This document shows positions 1-15,985 of a stretch of DNA of 248,000 nt, in pieces. The stretch lies in contig OX597821.1 in the NCBI GenBank assembly GCA_951406725.2, forward strand, positions 102,196,001 to 102,444,000, written 5' to 3'. Source of the stretch: Octopus vulgaris. Lineage: Eukaryota. The notes under the pieces were generated by a model that made no database searches, was not told where the DNA came from, and saw nothing but the letters and a program-made list of their open reading frames with translations. The translations under genes and the position numbers were made by a program. Positions within the stretch are counted from its first letter, which is position 1, and the number at the start of each line of letters is the position of its first letter.

Positions 1-2878
1 ATATTTTCTCTCCGATACATATAAAATGGATTATTGGATAGTTGGAACATGTAAAGAAAATTAATTCGGTCCAATTATACAATCTTATGTATCTACATAG
101 TTAAAACACACAAAGCAAATGTTAAATTGCTTGTTTACTCATCACTGGAAGTATTTTAATGAATTCACACTATGACAATTGAAGCAGTAGGGTTGTCAAC
201 CCTAAAGACAAGTCTTTCCAATAAAACCTGTTGAAACCTTATCAACATGCATGTATGTGATATATAGTACTTTTACAAGAAGCCTGGTGACAGTGACTTC
301 GAACTTTTGGTCTGCTAAATTTTGTTGGACTTCACCATGGTATGATGAAAGCTAGCTGAAACTTCAAAGTCACAAGTAAAATAAATATATACTTTGCAAA
401 AAGTATCAAGTTCAGTTTCATGTTGAACTGTTTTAAGTGCTAAAATTTGTTGAGTATGTAGGATATCTTATCTGTGCTTAACGGTTTAAACTGTTGCAAT
501 TATGTTGTCATTGAGTTACTTTGTACAGAAGGACCCTGTAAAATGCTAAGTCAGAAGCTGTTGCAGATCTCTTTCTTTGACACTTAAGTTTTCTCTTCCT
601 GATTATTCCCTAACCTCTTCTCTCTTCAGAAAGTTTTCTCTTTTCGCTTTAGCTGTCAACAAACAAAGTAAGTAAAAGACCATTTTGTAATTGTCAGTGC
701 TGTTATAGAAAGATAATCAATATTGATTTTTCTTACATTAGTTCAAGACTGCAATTTTTTTTTTTTTTTTTACAGAAGATGGATAATTTATTAATTTCAG
801 CTCCAATTCATCACCAGTACTTATTTTATCAGTTTTTGAGTGAAGGTCTGTTAGCAACAAGGATGTGAACAGAATGAAATAACGTAATGCACTCAATATT
901 ACATGTTGCCACTACTCCACGTTTCAAATTTTGGCACAAGGCCAGCAATTTTGTGGGAGAAGGAAGTCAATTGCATCACTCCCAGTGTTCAACTGATGCT
1001 TATTCTATTGATGCCTGAAAGGATAAAAGGCAAAGTTGACCCTGATGGATTTTGAACTTGCAACATTAAGTCTGAAGAAATGCTGCTAAGCATTTTGTCT
1101 GGTGTAGTAACGATCCTGCCAGCGCACTGCCCCTAGATTCAAGATATTAAAATTCAAAGCTAATACTCTGAAATTTGTAATTTACATCTTGTTGGTTCCT
1201 TAACCTTCTTGGTACCATATTTCTGTTGAGATACTCTGTATTTCTTAGAATTTATTAAAATTATCATTAAGCTAGGAACATCAATTGTAACTAAGGTTTG
1301 GTGGAAGATTTTAACTCAGAACTTTTGGAAATGAGACATTTGTACTACAGAACCAGTAGCAATTTTTAGGTGGGTTGGTATCAGTTAAATACTGAACATG
1401 GACAATCACCAGATTGTGCACAGTACTCTGTCCATTTACTGCACTATCTAAGCATAATAACTGAAGTAGCTCATGTAGAACTCTTGTATTCATTAAATGA
1501 TACTTAACCTCTCACCAGATTGAGTACATTTTACTGATTCTACCAAAAGCAAACAATACTATACATACAGGAAGTACTTTGTCCAATACGTTCTTTTATT
1601 TGTTAATATGGTTTGGAATTTGGCAGCTATTATCAGATATAGCAACTATGTAGAAGAGCTCTCATTAAAACAAAGGTCTGTATGTAATGAATGTTGCAGT
1701 TTGTGAAAAGAGAAACGAGGTGTAGGTTGGCAAGAAGAGATAGATGAACAGGTGGAGTGAAACCAGTAAGGTTGCATATGATGAAAGACTAGTGGAAAGT
1801 TTTGATGCAGATAAAGACTGTATTTGCCACTAGAAATTTAAAGGTGTCAATGTGTGGTAAATTAAAAAGAGGAGTACCCCTTTATTGTTGTAATTTGGGT
1901 AATAGCCAAAAGTTAATAACAAGTTAGGAATCGTAATATTTCTTTGCTGTGTTGAAGATCAAGCTTTTGTGATGCAGCATGGTAGCCACTAGCATAAATT
2001 GACTTTCAGATGATTTATGATTTTTTTTTTTTTAAGAATGAATGTCTGCAGGTTTTGTTAAAGCTCTATGCCAGTTCACAGGAGCCTGAATTATGCAATG
2101 TTTTGTCATAAAAACCAACTAGACAAATATGATGCATTTGGTTCTGCCAATTGACTGGTTCTCTCTGACCAGGCCATTAATACAAGGGAGATAACCGTTC
2201 CCTCTATGAAATGGCATTAGAAATTAGAATTTAAAACTGAGGAAGAAGATGCATAGTTCCCATATTTTATTTTGTCTGCTATGAAATTCTTTAAATTTCT
2301 TTGTCGATGGTAATCATGTATAGCACTATTTCATTCTTTTTAGTAATCTTCAACATGACATAACCGTTAATGCCCTAGATTACCTACCTGTGTGCAGGAA
2401 AAAATTATTGGTCTTTTTAAATGTAAAAATGAAAGGTCCTAAACTTTTAGTTTGAATTGATTTTATAATATAACTGATAAACAATAGTGTTAGTTACAGT
2501 TTTGTAAACAGACCAATCATTGCATTTCTGACAGTGACAGGTAACATAATTTGGTGCAAAGGTCTTTGTTTGAAGAACACCAGTTTTGTTTTCATTTTGT
2601 TTTGTTCCTGATGTTTACATCCTTTTACAATTTCTGCCCTCCAAATACCACTCCCAAGTTATTGATTAAAATCAATCTGCAGCTATTGTAGAAGACCCTT
2701 GTTCAAGGTAGTGTGTTTGAACTGCAAACTAACTTTCTTAACCATGTAATGATGTCTTATATATATATAAAATAAATGTCTTTATATATATATATGTAAA
2801 ATAAATTACAGCAGTGTTTAGGTATAAGAAACTTTGTTAGAATATGTTTGTGTTTAGAAGTTGAAATATGTCACAAGT

Positions 2879-2917
<39 letters not shown>

Positions 2918-5900
2918 CAGTAGTGTTTAGGTACAAACAAACTTTAGATTAGAATATGTTTGTTTAGAAGTTGAAGTGTATGACAAGTTCGTATATATAT
3001 TTATATTACAAGTAATGTTTGATGACATAAGATAATAGATGTACTTTATTTTAATATATAAGAACAAAATATCAGTGATTAGTTACATCACCTTACATTT
3101 CAGTAACAAAAAATGGTTACATAATACATTTTTGATTAAATAATTTACATTATAAAGTCTTCAGAGATGTGTAACATTACTAGATTGTTGAATTGTTGAC
3201 TGAATTAACCCTCATAGGGATGGGAACAAATGGATGCTATGCATGTGGTGGTTATTTCTATCAACAATTTGACAATTCAGCAATGTAGCATATAAAGGTT
3301 ACACATCTCTGAAGATTTGTCTATACATTTTGATAGTAATTTACATTGTGAAACATTATTTTGTTAAAGAAATGTACGTAAGATGATGTAACTAAATGGC
3401 TTATAAGCAATCTCTTGTTTTTTTGTTTTATTTCCTACATGTACTCTCTGACCTACTCAAACTCTGGTTTCATGCCAAATAATGCAAGTATGATAACAGG
3501 AATGAAAATATACATGGAGTTCTAAATTCTGGTTATTTGTCATGCCATTTTAAATTGGCTCACACACACACACAGGTTATATTCTGTTAAGAACATAGTG
3601 GAGTACAATATAAAGCTCGTCCACCTTCAGATTTCATCCAGTGCTATCCAACAGTAGTATTATACCTACTGCCAGATTTGTGTTGTGTGTGAATGGATAA
3701 TTGAATAAGTTGGAGTCTACAAGGAGTACAGAAGAACATTTATTTGTAATCACTACAATTGTTTCCATGCAATGTAGTTCTCTAGGTTTGCAGGTATTTG
3801 ATTATGTAATTGTTTCACTGCATTATGAGATGTTTCATCAGGTGATATATATATTGTTTCTGTGTTCTGTAAACTTCAATTTTCAACTTCAACTGTATCC
3901 TTTCTGTCTGTTGTGGCTATATGTGGTAGCAGTAACCACTCCATATATGAAAATGCGTGTATGTAGTTAGATATGGATAAAATTATTTCAAGATTTTACC
4001 AAATGTGTAAAAATAGTAAAATACTAAATCAGGTGTGTGGCTATTTTGGAGCATATTTTTAAAATTTATTTTAATTTTTTAATCAATATTTCTTTTTTAA
4101 AATTATTGAAAATTCACTTGTTGATCTCTAATTTAGGATGTAATTAGAATAATGATGGTGTTTGGTTCCAGAGCATTTCTGGTAGAGCAGGCAGATCCAT
4201 GATCAGAAACCTCCCATCTTTGATCATCCCCATCATCTTTCATTGAGACGTAATACATCTAGGACTATATTATCTAACATGTCATTTCTGTTTTTGAAAC
4301 AGCATTTATTTGCGAGAAATTTGACTGTTATTTCTAGCAGATTCAGCAACCTTGTAGAAGCTCCCTTATTGCAATTTTTTTCATAAATGAGGTATGTTAC
4401 CCTTGTTTGGTCTACTTCTGTTTGTTTGAATGCTTTTGACACCCTTGCATAGGGTATTTATCTTTCACCTTCTACTTGCTTCCTTCATCAGACTTAGGCC
4501 ATGCTGGAGCATTGCATTGAAGGGTTTTGGTTGATCAAATTGACCCCAGTACATATTTTCATAAGTCTGATTCATAGTCTTTTGCCAAACTACTAACTTA
4601 CGGTGATGTAAACAAACCAATACCGGTTGTCAAGTTGTGGTGGCAGGGACAAACACAAAGATGCACACATACACGCATGCACAAACACACATACATAAAT
4701 ATATGTATATATGACTGGACTCCACACAGTTTCCGTCATATTCATTCACAAGGCATTGATTTACCCAGAGCTGTAGTAGAAGGCGCCCAAGTTGCTGCAC
4801 TGTGAGATTGAATCCATAAGCATATGGCGATGGGGTGAGCTTGTTAACCACACAGCCTTGCCTTCACTTATATTTTGAATGTCTGAAGGGAAAAATGCTA
4901 CTATAACATTGAATGGGGCTTTCTCTGGGCAAAAGTTAAACTGTATGAGGAATATGTAAGAGGAATGATGTTTTTATGTATTTCTGAGGTGAGGAATTGA
5001 TGTGGCTGCACTGCATTAACCATTATGCTATGCCTGTAAGCAGTGACTGAATTTTAAAGCCTTATAAACCTCCATTGATGTCTTATGTTGGCTCCATACC
5101 GATTGGATAATGCAATTCTATAATTCTGTCACTGCCTGTGAGTATAGCATAGTGGATAAAAGCATTGGTTAATGCAGTGTAGTCATTTGGTGAATCACAA
5201 AAGACTTGAAGAAGGTTGGAGTACACAACAGCCAAAATGTAGTGAAAGCAACAACCAGGACCAGGATACCAGTTGGACTTAGGTAAACAGTGTACGTAAC
5301 AATAACTTTTGTTTTGGGGTTATAGGCACAGGTATGGCTGTGTGGTTAAGATTATTTTGCAACCATGTGGTTTCAGGGTCAGTCTCATTACATAGCACCT
5401 TGGCCAAGTGCCTTCTACTATAGCCCCAGGACAACCAATGCCTTGTGAGTGAATTTGGTTGGAAGAAACTATGCAGAAGCTCACCTTGTGTTTGTGTGAG
5501 TCTTTGAGGCTGTGTCTCACCACCACTACTCAACTGGTGTCTATTTACATCCCCATTACTTTACAATCTGGCAAAGAGACCAATAGAATAGGTACTAGAC
5601 TTTAAATAAATACTGTAGGTGTTTTGTTTGACTAAAAACTTTTTAAGGCGATGCCCCAGCATGGTTGCAGTTCAGTGACTGAAACGAGTAAAAAAAATAT
5701 ATATTCTTTTGTTATTTCTAAAATCATCCAAAGGGTTTAATAATTTGGGTTTATGAAGTGTTAAAGAAAATTAAAACAAAAAATTTTTTTTGCAAAACTG
5801 AAAATAACACATTTTTCTCAAAATTTTTGACAGAAGTCATGAGAAGACTTGTATTGTGATTCCAGAATGTTGATAAATGTAAATCTGCTGAGACTTTAGA

Positions 5901-8900
5901 TAAATAATTTAAGCATGGTCTGGTCCCTTGCATGTAGAGAGTGAACTTGCAGAAATGATAGCTAACAAAAGAGCTGACAAATTCTTGGAAATTAAAGATA
6001 AGGCTGCCATTGTTGCTTAACCCTGTGTCTAACTTGGACCAAAAACTTAACTTCATCGACCAGTTCAACACCACCACCTGATATTTGGGTGCCTATAGCA
6101 GAGTCCACTCTGTCATAAGCATTTGGACCAAGTCTCTAGTTTGAGAGCAATCCCTGCACTAATTGTAGGGACCTTGAGAAAGAGTTAGAAATGCTACCCT
6201 TTTTCCTGAGTCGTGGATTGGCAGGATCATTACAGCAAATGTTCTGTGGTATTTATTCTAGCTCTTTACATTTCAGAGTTCAAACTCCACAAAGGTCAGC
6301 TTTGTCTTTCATCCTTCCAGAGTTGATAAAATAAAGTATCACTCAAGTATTGTATCCAATTTAGTTGACTAACACCCTCTTGTAAATTTCAATCCTTGTA
6401 CTTATGTTGGAAATAATTTTTATCATAAAGCAGCAAATTTGGCCAACTCAATAAAACATCAAAAACAATATCATTACAATTTTCTTCAGGTTGAGTAGCC
6501 CATCCTGCTCAAATGCTTCTTGAATAAGGATGTTGAATGAAACACCTATGTTTCCAAAGGGGAATTATCCAAACCCAAAGAATTCTTCTCAACACATGGC
6601 TGTGATGCTCCCCAACTACTTCTGTTCATGATCAGAGATACACATATTTTCAGCCACTAAGGGACATGTCCAACTGGTTACGGTCAAACAACTGACAAGC
6701 AAATATGTGTTATTGAGCAGAGTATTTGCTGTAGCCCATCTTTTATACGAAGACAAAACAATGTATATGATAACACTTCCAATTAGTTAAGATCAAAAGC
6801 CATGAGAGTCACTGCCTGGAACCACATCAGGGCATTTATTATTATTATTATTATTATTGTTGTTATTACCTTCACCTTAGCAGAGGTATTGTTTTCATTT
6901 GTGTTTGTTTGTTTGTCCATGGACAAGATATCTCAAGAATGCTGGATGGATTCAGATGAAACTTTCGGGGATGTTTGGCCTTGTGATTGGCACAAACTTA
7001 GATTTTGGGATCGATGCCGTACTGGACAAGGATTCTGGATTATTTTTCCTGGTTTTTTACTTAATTTTTGAGAGCAGTTGGGTTCACTTTTAGTATTCAA
7101 TTTTAGCATACAGATATTCTCATTTTAAAAATCATTTCTGGCTAATTGTTGAGAGGATGTTGGTGTTGCCTTTGTGGAGGTTTTTCTCTCTCTGAGTACT
7201 CATTATTATTATTATTTGGTGGCAAGCTGGCAGAACCATTAGCAGGCCAAGCAAAATGCTTACTCTCTTTTACTTGTTTCAGACATTTGACTGCGGCCAT
7301 GCTGGAGCACCGCTTTTTAGTCGAGCAAATCAACCCCAGGACTTATTCTTTGTAAGCCTAGTACTTATTCTATCGGTCTCTTTTGTCGAACCGCTAAATT
7401 GCGGGGATGTAAACACATCACCATCGGTTGTCAAATGATATTGGGGGGACAAACACACACACAAACATACACTCACACACACATACACATATATACGACG
7501 GGCTTTCAGTTTCTGTCTACCAAATCCACTCACAAGGCTTTGGTTGGCCCGAGGCTATTGTAGAAGACACTTGCCCAAGATGCCACGCAGTGGGAATGAA
7601 CCCAGAACCATGTGGTTGGTAAACAAGCTACTTACCACACAGCCACTCCTGCGCTTAGCAGTATTCCTTCCATCTTTACCCTCTGAGTTCATATTTCCAT
7701 TGAGGTTGACTTTACCTTTCATCCCTTCTGGGTTGATAAAATAAGTACTGCTGGCCTTGTGCCAAAATTTGAAACCAAAGGAGTCGAGCTGGCAGAATTG
7801 TTAGTTCGCTGGGCAGAATGCTTAGTGGTATTTCGTCTGCTTTTATGTCCTGAGTTCAAATTCTGCCAAGGTTAACTTTGCCTTTCATCTTTTTGGGGTC
7901 AATAAAATAAGATATGCACTGGGGTTGATGTGATTGACTTACCCCTCCCCTGTAATTGCTGGCCTTGTGCTAAAATTTGAAATCATATTATTATATACAT
8001 ATTTGTGTTTATATATATATATAATATGGATACTGGCCTCGTGCCGGTGGCACGTAAAAAGCACCACCCGATCGTGGCCGTTGCCAGCCTCGCCTGGCAC
8101 CTGTGCCAGTGGCATGTAAAAGCACCCACTACACTCACGGAGTGATTGGCATTAGGAAGGGCATCCAGCTGTAGAAACATTGCCAGATCAGACTGGGCCT
8201 GGTGCAGCCTTCTGGCTTCCCAGACCCCAGTTGAACTGTCCAACCCATGCTAGCATGGAAAGCGGATGCTAAACGATGATGATATATATATATATATAGT
8301 ATGTATGCATATATATGTATACCCATGTATATATATATGTGTGTACATTCACTTAATACCTGATCAATGGACGGAGGAAAATATGGACAGAAATTCTCAT
8401 TTTATGTTTCAGCTGATATTCGGATGGCTTAAGTTGCATTATTAAAATTTCAATGATTTATATTTTTAAATCTATATAGGTTTTATTGTGTGTATTTACA
8501 TATGCATGTGCATTTTTATACATCTGCACATATATATAAATAATGTAAATATATGTGTGTGTGTGTGTGTGTGTGTATCATTAGAAATCAAGCAAAATAT
8601 TGTATTTATGTATATAATATCATACAAATTAAAAACATTGTGAGAAAGTAAAAAAGTACTCCACTTTTCTCATCTTTGCCTTCTCTTTTCTTTATTCTCA
8701 CACACTGTCTTTTTTTCTTACTTTCTGTTTCTTTATTACCCTATCTCACCCTCTTAGTTAAAGGAGGAAGAACAGATAAGGAAAGAAAAGTGTGTGACAT
8801 ATGGCCTCTTTATTAGTAATAAAGAAGAGAAAAGTTTCTAGCATTTAAGATAAAACAAAATAAATCAGCTATAGATAAAGCTCCCTTGGTCTTAATTGTT

Positions 8901-11900
8901 ATTCTTAGGACTTTATCATTGTGTATAATGTATAACACTTCAGTCCTTAAATACTTGAAGTGCCAGATTCAGGACTTTATTGTATCCATTAGAGCCACAG
9001 AATGCAAGAAAGCCAACCTTCAAATCAAGGAGGTTATCCTAATCAAGAAGCTGAAACCAGTATTAGACAACAAATAAGAAGTACTAGAAGCAGACTGACT
9101 ACTATAACAGCTGCAGTATGTGCATGTCACTACCCTATCCCACATATCTGAGTAATGTTAATAGCTTTATTCCGTCATTAATTTCTCCACGTGTCCTGAT
9201 GAAGAGGTCCTCACCCAAAATATCAAAGAAATACAGGTAAAGCTTCTACTGTTCTGTTTTGAGTTTTGTGTTTCATTTTGCATTGTTTCAGCATTAACAA
9301 TTTATCTAATGTACATGTGTGTGTGTGTGTGTGTGTGTGTATCATCATCGTTTAACGTCAGTTTTCCGTGCTAGCATGGGTTGGACGGTTTGAACGGGAT
9401 CTGGGAAGCCAGGAGGCTGCACCAAGCTCCAGTCTGATCTGGCAGTGTTTCTACAGCTGGATGCCCTTCCTAACGCCAACCACTCCATGAGTGTAGTCAA
9501 TATATATATATATATATATATTCACACACACACGTCTGTGTGTGTGTATATAAGAATTTGTGTTGTAGCTAATCTATTGATATCAATGTGAATGTCAACA
9601 TGTTTGTGTGTTAAATGTAATCTATTAACTTCCCACTCTTTTTTCCCCTCATGCATACTCTCTGTAACTCTCTAACTTCCTCTTCTAATTAAGCACACAC
9701 TTTCTTTATCTTTCTCTTATCATACTTGTTTCTTTCCTTATCTCTTCCTTCTCTTTCATCTCAACAGCTGCACATTATAGACCTTTTCAGTTAACTTCCT
9801 ATGAGACAAATAGACACAACACAAATTTGTATATTAGAAGTAGTTGTTAGTTTCTTTTACCAATGAACAGTAGTGGTGAGTATTTCAAAAGTATGGTTGC
9901 CAGAGTAAGCACAAGGACAGAAAAAAGTTCAGGAATCTATTACTTCCGCTGGCAGCAAATGAAGACTTTCTCTCTCTGTGAACAAAGGATTGATTTGGCA
10001 ATGCTTATGTATGAAGTGCTGCATTGCATGATAGCAAAATACAGGCATTGAATGCTTAAGCGAGAAAGCAGTAAAGCAAGCGTGGTCTGCTGGTGTTATT
10101 GTGCATCATCATCATCGTTTTTATGTCCACTTGCATGGCTCAGATGGAATTTGTTGAGGTAGTTTTCTATGGCCAGAAGCTCTTCTCATCACTAATTGTC
10201 ACCTGTTTACAAGCAAGGTGGTATTTCCCCATACTAGGTATATTTTCAGGGAAGAAATGAATGATAGAGCTTGTATGACAGTGATGATTGCTTACAATTA
10301 TCACACAATGTCAAGACAAAACAGATACAAACACACAAACATGCACACATACACATACAACAATGGTTTTGCTCTTCAAACTTATTGAAGAGGAATATGC
10401 ATCCACCATTGAGTCTGACAAGTCATCTATAAGGCCTAGTGCTTTATGGATGCAAAACCATTGGTTACTCTATGACCGGACATATATTTAACTGCTTATA
10501 TATATATATGGAGCAAATAATTTATGAGAAAAATAATTCGCGAAAATATAATTTGCAAAGATATCATTGACTCTGTTATTATCTAGTGTAACAATTTAAA
10601 AGTAACAGAATCAATAATATAGGTGATTGCAGGCCCTAAAAAGGATTAAAATGAATCAAAGGACATACTAAGTATGTCTACCTGCTGGAAATAACAGTTA
10701 AAACTCTTATTTAAGTAAAAAAACTTTTTAAACAAGAGTTTTGACTGTTATTTCCAACAGGTAGACATACTTAGTATGTCCCTTGATTAATTTTAATCCT
10801 TCCACTATATATATAGAAGAAATTATATAAACAATAAGTAAACAAGAAATTGTAATTAGCTTACTGATGTTTCTGCTATAAAATGCAATGCGCTCATAGT
10901 TGAGTGTTTGTGTATCAATGTATATCTTTGTTAGAGCTCCAAAAATAAAGTGCAATTTTAATTGAGAAAGCATTTGTATTTCAGAAAACAAACAAAAAAT
11001 TGTAATAAGCCGAAGCCAGTGCCGACTGGCTTCCATAAAATGCACCAATCCAACCGTGGCCGATGCCAGCCTCGCCTGGCACCAGTGCAGGTGGCACGTA
11101 AAAAGCACCCACTACACTCACGGAGTGGTTGGCGTTAGGAAGGGCATCCAGCTGTAGAAACTTTGCCAGATAAGACCGGAGCCTGGTGCAGCCTTCTGGC
11201 TTCCCAGATCCCCGGTCGAACTGCCCAACCCATGCTAGCATGGAGAATGGACGTTAAACGATGATGATGATAGTATAAAGTCTGAAGGATAAAAGCCACT
11301 CACAGAAATACATAGATTTAGATAATTTTGTATATGTATGGGTATAGAGATAGGCATATGTTGACCCCCTGTGTCAATAACTATTTATAGGCATACATAA
11401 AATGTAGACAGAATATCTATGTCTGGCCATGGGAAATATTTCCCATAGAGATATTATCTTGCTTGGAAATGAAGGCTGGGGACAGGAAGGGTATCCGGCC
11501 ATAGAAGTCTGCTTCAATATATTTCAACTGAGCCATTTAAACATGAAAAAGTTGACATTGAAATAATAATGATGATGATGGTGATGTGTGTGTGTCCCTC
11601 TCTTTCCCTCCCTCCCCCTCTCTATATATATGCACACACACACACACACACACACACATTGATATTTGTGCATGAATATGTATATATGTGTGGAAATATA
11701 GTATTTGTACATGTATGTATACAAATTATTCTTTACTCACACACACATACACATATATATACACACACACACATCATGGTGGCATAGCTGTCTGTTATTA
11801 TTGAACAACTTGAAAATGTCCAGACAGTAATTAAGATAGTATGTTTTGCTTCCAACACAATAGAAGGGACAAGAAATTTGTCTTGTTTTGCACCGAGATT

Positions 11901-12378
11901 TTGGGTCACCACAGTAAAACTTGGCACAAGTTTATGTACAGTGCAGCACTGCCACCACCATCGCAACCACCACCACCACCACTACCATTACTATCCCCAC
12001 TACACTGAACACTACTAATACCACCACCACCAATATCAATGCTGCCACCACCTCCAACACAAAGGCAACCATCAAGGAGCTTAAACTAATAAAAGAGTCT
12101 GCTGAAAATAGCAGCCAAATCTCCATCAAATCACACCCTTACATTTAAAAAAAAACACTTGTTGGATAATATAGTCCTGGATTACCAGCTCATAGAAAAA
12201 TAATTGGTTGGTCATAACTGGAATGCCTTTGATCATAGGCGGCCTGGGGTTAAACTACAACATCAAAACAACAATGAAATAAATCATGGGGATGTGTTTC
12301 TTTAACCCATTTCTGTACTACCATTATATATATGATGGACTCTCCCATCGGTTTTGACATATGAAGATTATATATATA

Positions 12379-12548
12379 TATATAGGTGTAGGTATGGGTG
12401 TGTGGTAAGTAGCTTGCTTAAGAACCACATGGTTCCGGGTTCAGTCCCACTGCGTGGCACCTTGGGTAAGTGTCTTCTACTATAGCCTCGGGCCAACCAA
12501 AGCCTTGTGAGTGGATTTAGTAGACGGAAACTGAAAGAAGCTTGTCAT
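12379..12548 (+). mobile_element. 5' half of tRNA-derived SINE family A (CORE-like), running into a giant microsatellite
   Basis: Matches the head of the many family-A copies in the window (ggtgtgtggtaagtagcttgc...ggttccgggttcagtcccactgcgtggcaccttgggtaagtgtcttctactatagcc). Confidence 0.75.
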
Positions 12549-14310
<1,762 letters not shown>

Positions 14311-14602
14311 AAAAACTTATTTGGAGGAAACGAAACGAAACAACGCGAGGGCGCTCAGTCATACAATAGTGTAATAAATAAAATATATGCATACATACAT
14401 ACATATATGTACATACCTACATGTATATATACGTGAGTACAGGACACCACAAATAGACGTAGAACTCAACGAGAAACGAAAACGTAAAAACAAACATGGA
14501 AACAGACCTTTTGTTAACAACGAAAAAACAGTACAAGACAAACAACACAAGGAAAATTTCCCTTCATCAGCTGTCCCTAGTACGACTCCATGCGTGTTTC
14601 GA

Positions 14603-14666
<64 letters not shown>

Positions 14667-14668
<2 letters not shown>

Positions 14669-15742
14669 TAGCAGTATCACCCGGTGTTGCTTGGGTTTGT
14701 TTTGACCCTTTAGAATTGGAATTTTTGAAAAGTAAAAATTTTGCATTATGCAACTTGTTATTCTCTTCAAGTGAACATTTTTCCAGTTGAAATACACCGA
14801 AAAATGGTGACACAGCAGTCAAAAATCGTAAAAAATAGGAATTTTCATAGAAAAAAAAGCACCTTTTTGATGTAAATAATTTTTGGTGTTAACATGGTCC
14901 GATTTGAATTTTATCTTCTACAGAATGAAGAGCAAGCCTTCTTCTATCGTACTCTCAATTTTGGTCAACTTGCGCTGCAGGGTCTCGAAGGAGATAGTGT
15001 TAGTTGAAGGCTACCAAACCTGCCACACACAGACAACTTCAGCTTTATATATATAGATTTGCTACACACTACTTTCCATCCTTAATAACGAAACTTTGTA
15101 GATCCAAAAGTTAAACACACAGACACACAAGTTGAGTTTTATATATATATATAGATTTTTCAACGGGGATTTCAGGGGAGAGTTTCAGGAAGTCACTGGC
15201 GATGTATCGTGATGATCAAAAATCCGGCCTGCTAAAATTTGGTTAAAGTGATTCAGACTGCAGACTCAACGCAAAATGGTCACATTTAATTCAAAGCGTT
15301 AAAAATGTTATGAAAACAATTGGTATGTGTTCACAAAGTCCAAATGATTAATACGAAAAAACCCTCCAGGCTACATCCCGAAAATTAATTTCTTTGCTGA
15401 ATTTCTACAATGTTTACGGTGATTCGTTTTTATATCTTGATTTTTTATTTTTCATGCAATTTATGCATGCTTACACGCATGGTGAACAAACAGCTGACTG
15501 AGTAAAGTTCACTATTCAATGCATGGGATAAGGCCTAAACAAACACATTATCGATTTTTGCACTTGCAAAATGAATTTTGGAACAGAAATAGCGCAGTTC
15601 AATTTTCATTCGCCTAAACTTTAAGTGACCCATTTTTGGTGGTTCTACGATTTGTTGGCTAGGAGATGTGCTGGGAAGTTAAGCACAGACACACACACAG
15701 ATACACACACAGACACACAAGTTGAGTTTTATATATATAGAT
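14667..15742 (+). mobile_element. Cluster of three Helentron/HINE-like non-autonomous elements
   Basis: 5' end actagcagtatcacccggtgttgcttggg; three related 3' ends (cagacaacttcagctttatatatatagat at 15058, cacacaagttgagttttatatata...gat at 15156 and 15742) preceded by short CA/CAGA repeats. Similar ends occur near 95540 and 115781. Confidence 0.55.
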
Positions 15743-15949
15743 GTTTGTGTGTCTGTCCCCCACCACACCCCAACATCGCTTGACAACCAGTGCTGGTGTG
15801 TTTATATCCCCATAATTTAGTGGTTCAGCAAAAGAGACTGATAGAATAAGTCCTGGGGTTGATTTGCTTGACTAAAAGCGTTGCTCCAGCATGGCAACAG
15901 TCAAATGACTGAAACAAAAGAGTAAAGAGTATATATACACACACACATG

Positions 15950-15985
<36 letters not shown>

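Noticed and set aside
4233-6077. Minus-strand ORFs at 4233 and 5751 as exons
   Set aside because: No consistent splice sites or recognisable domain.
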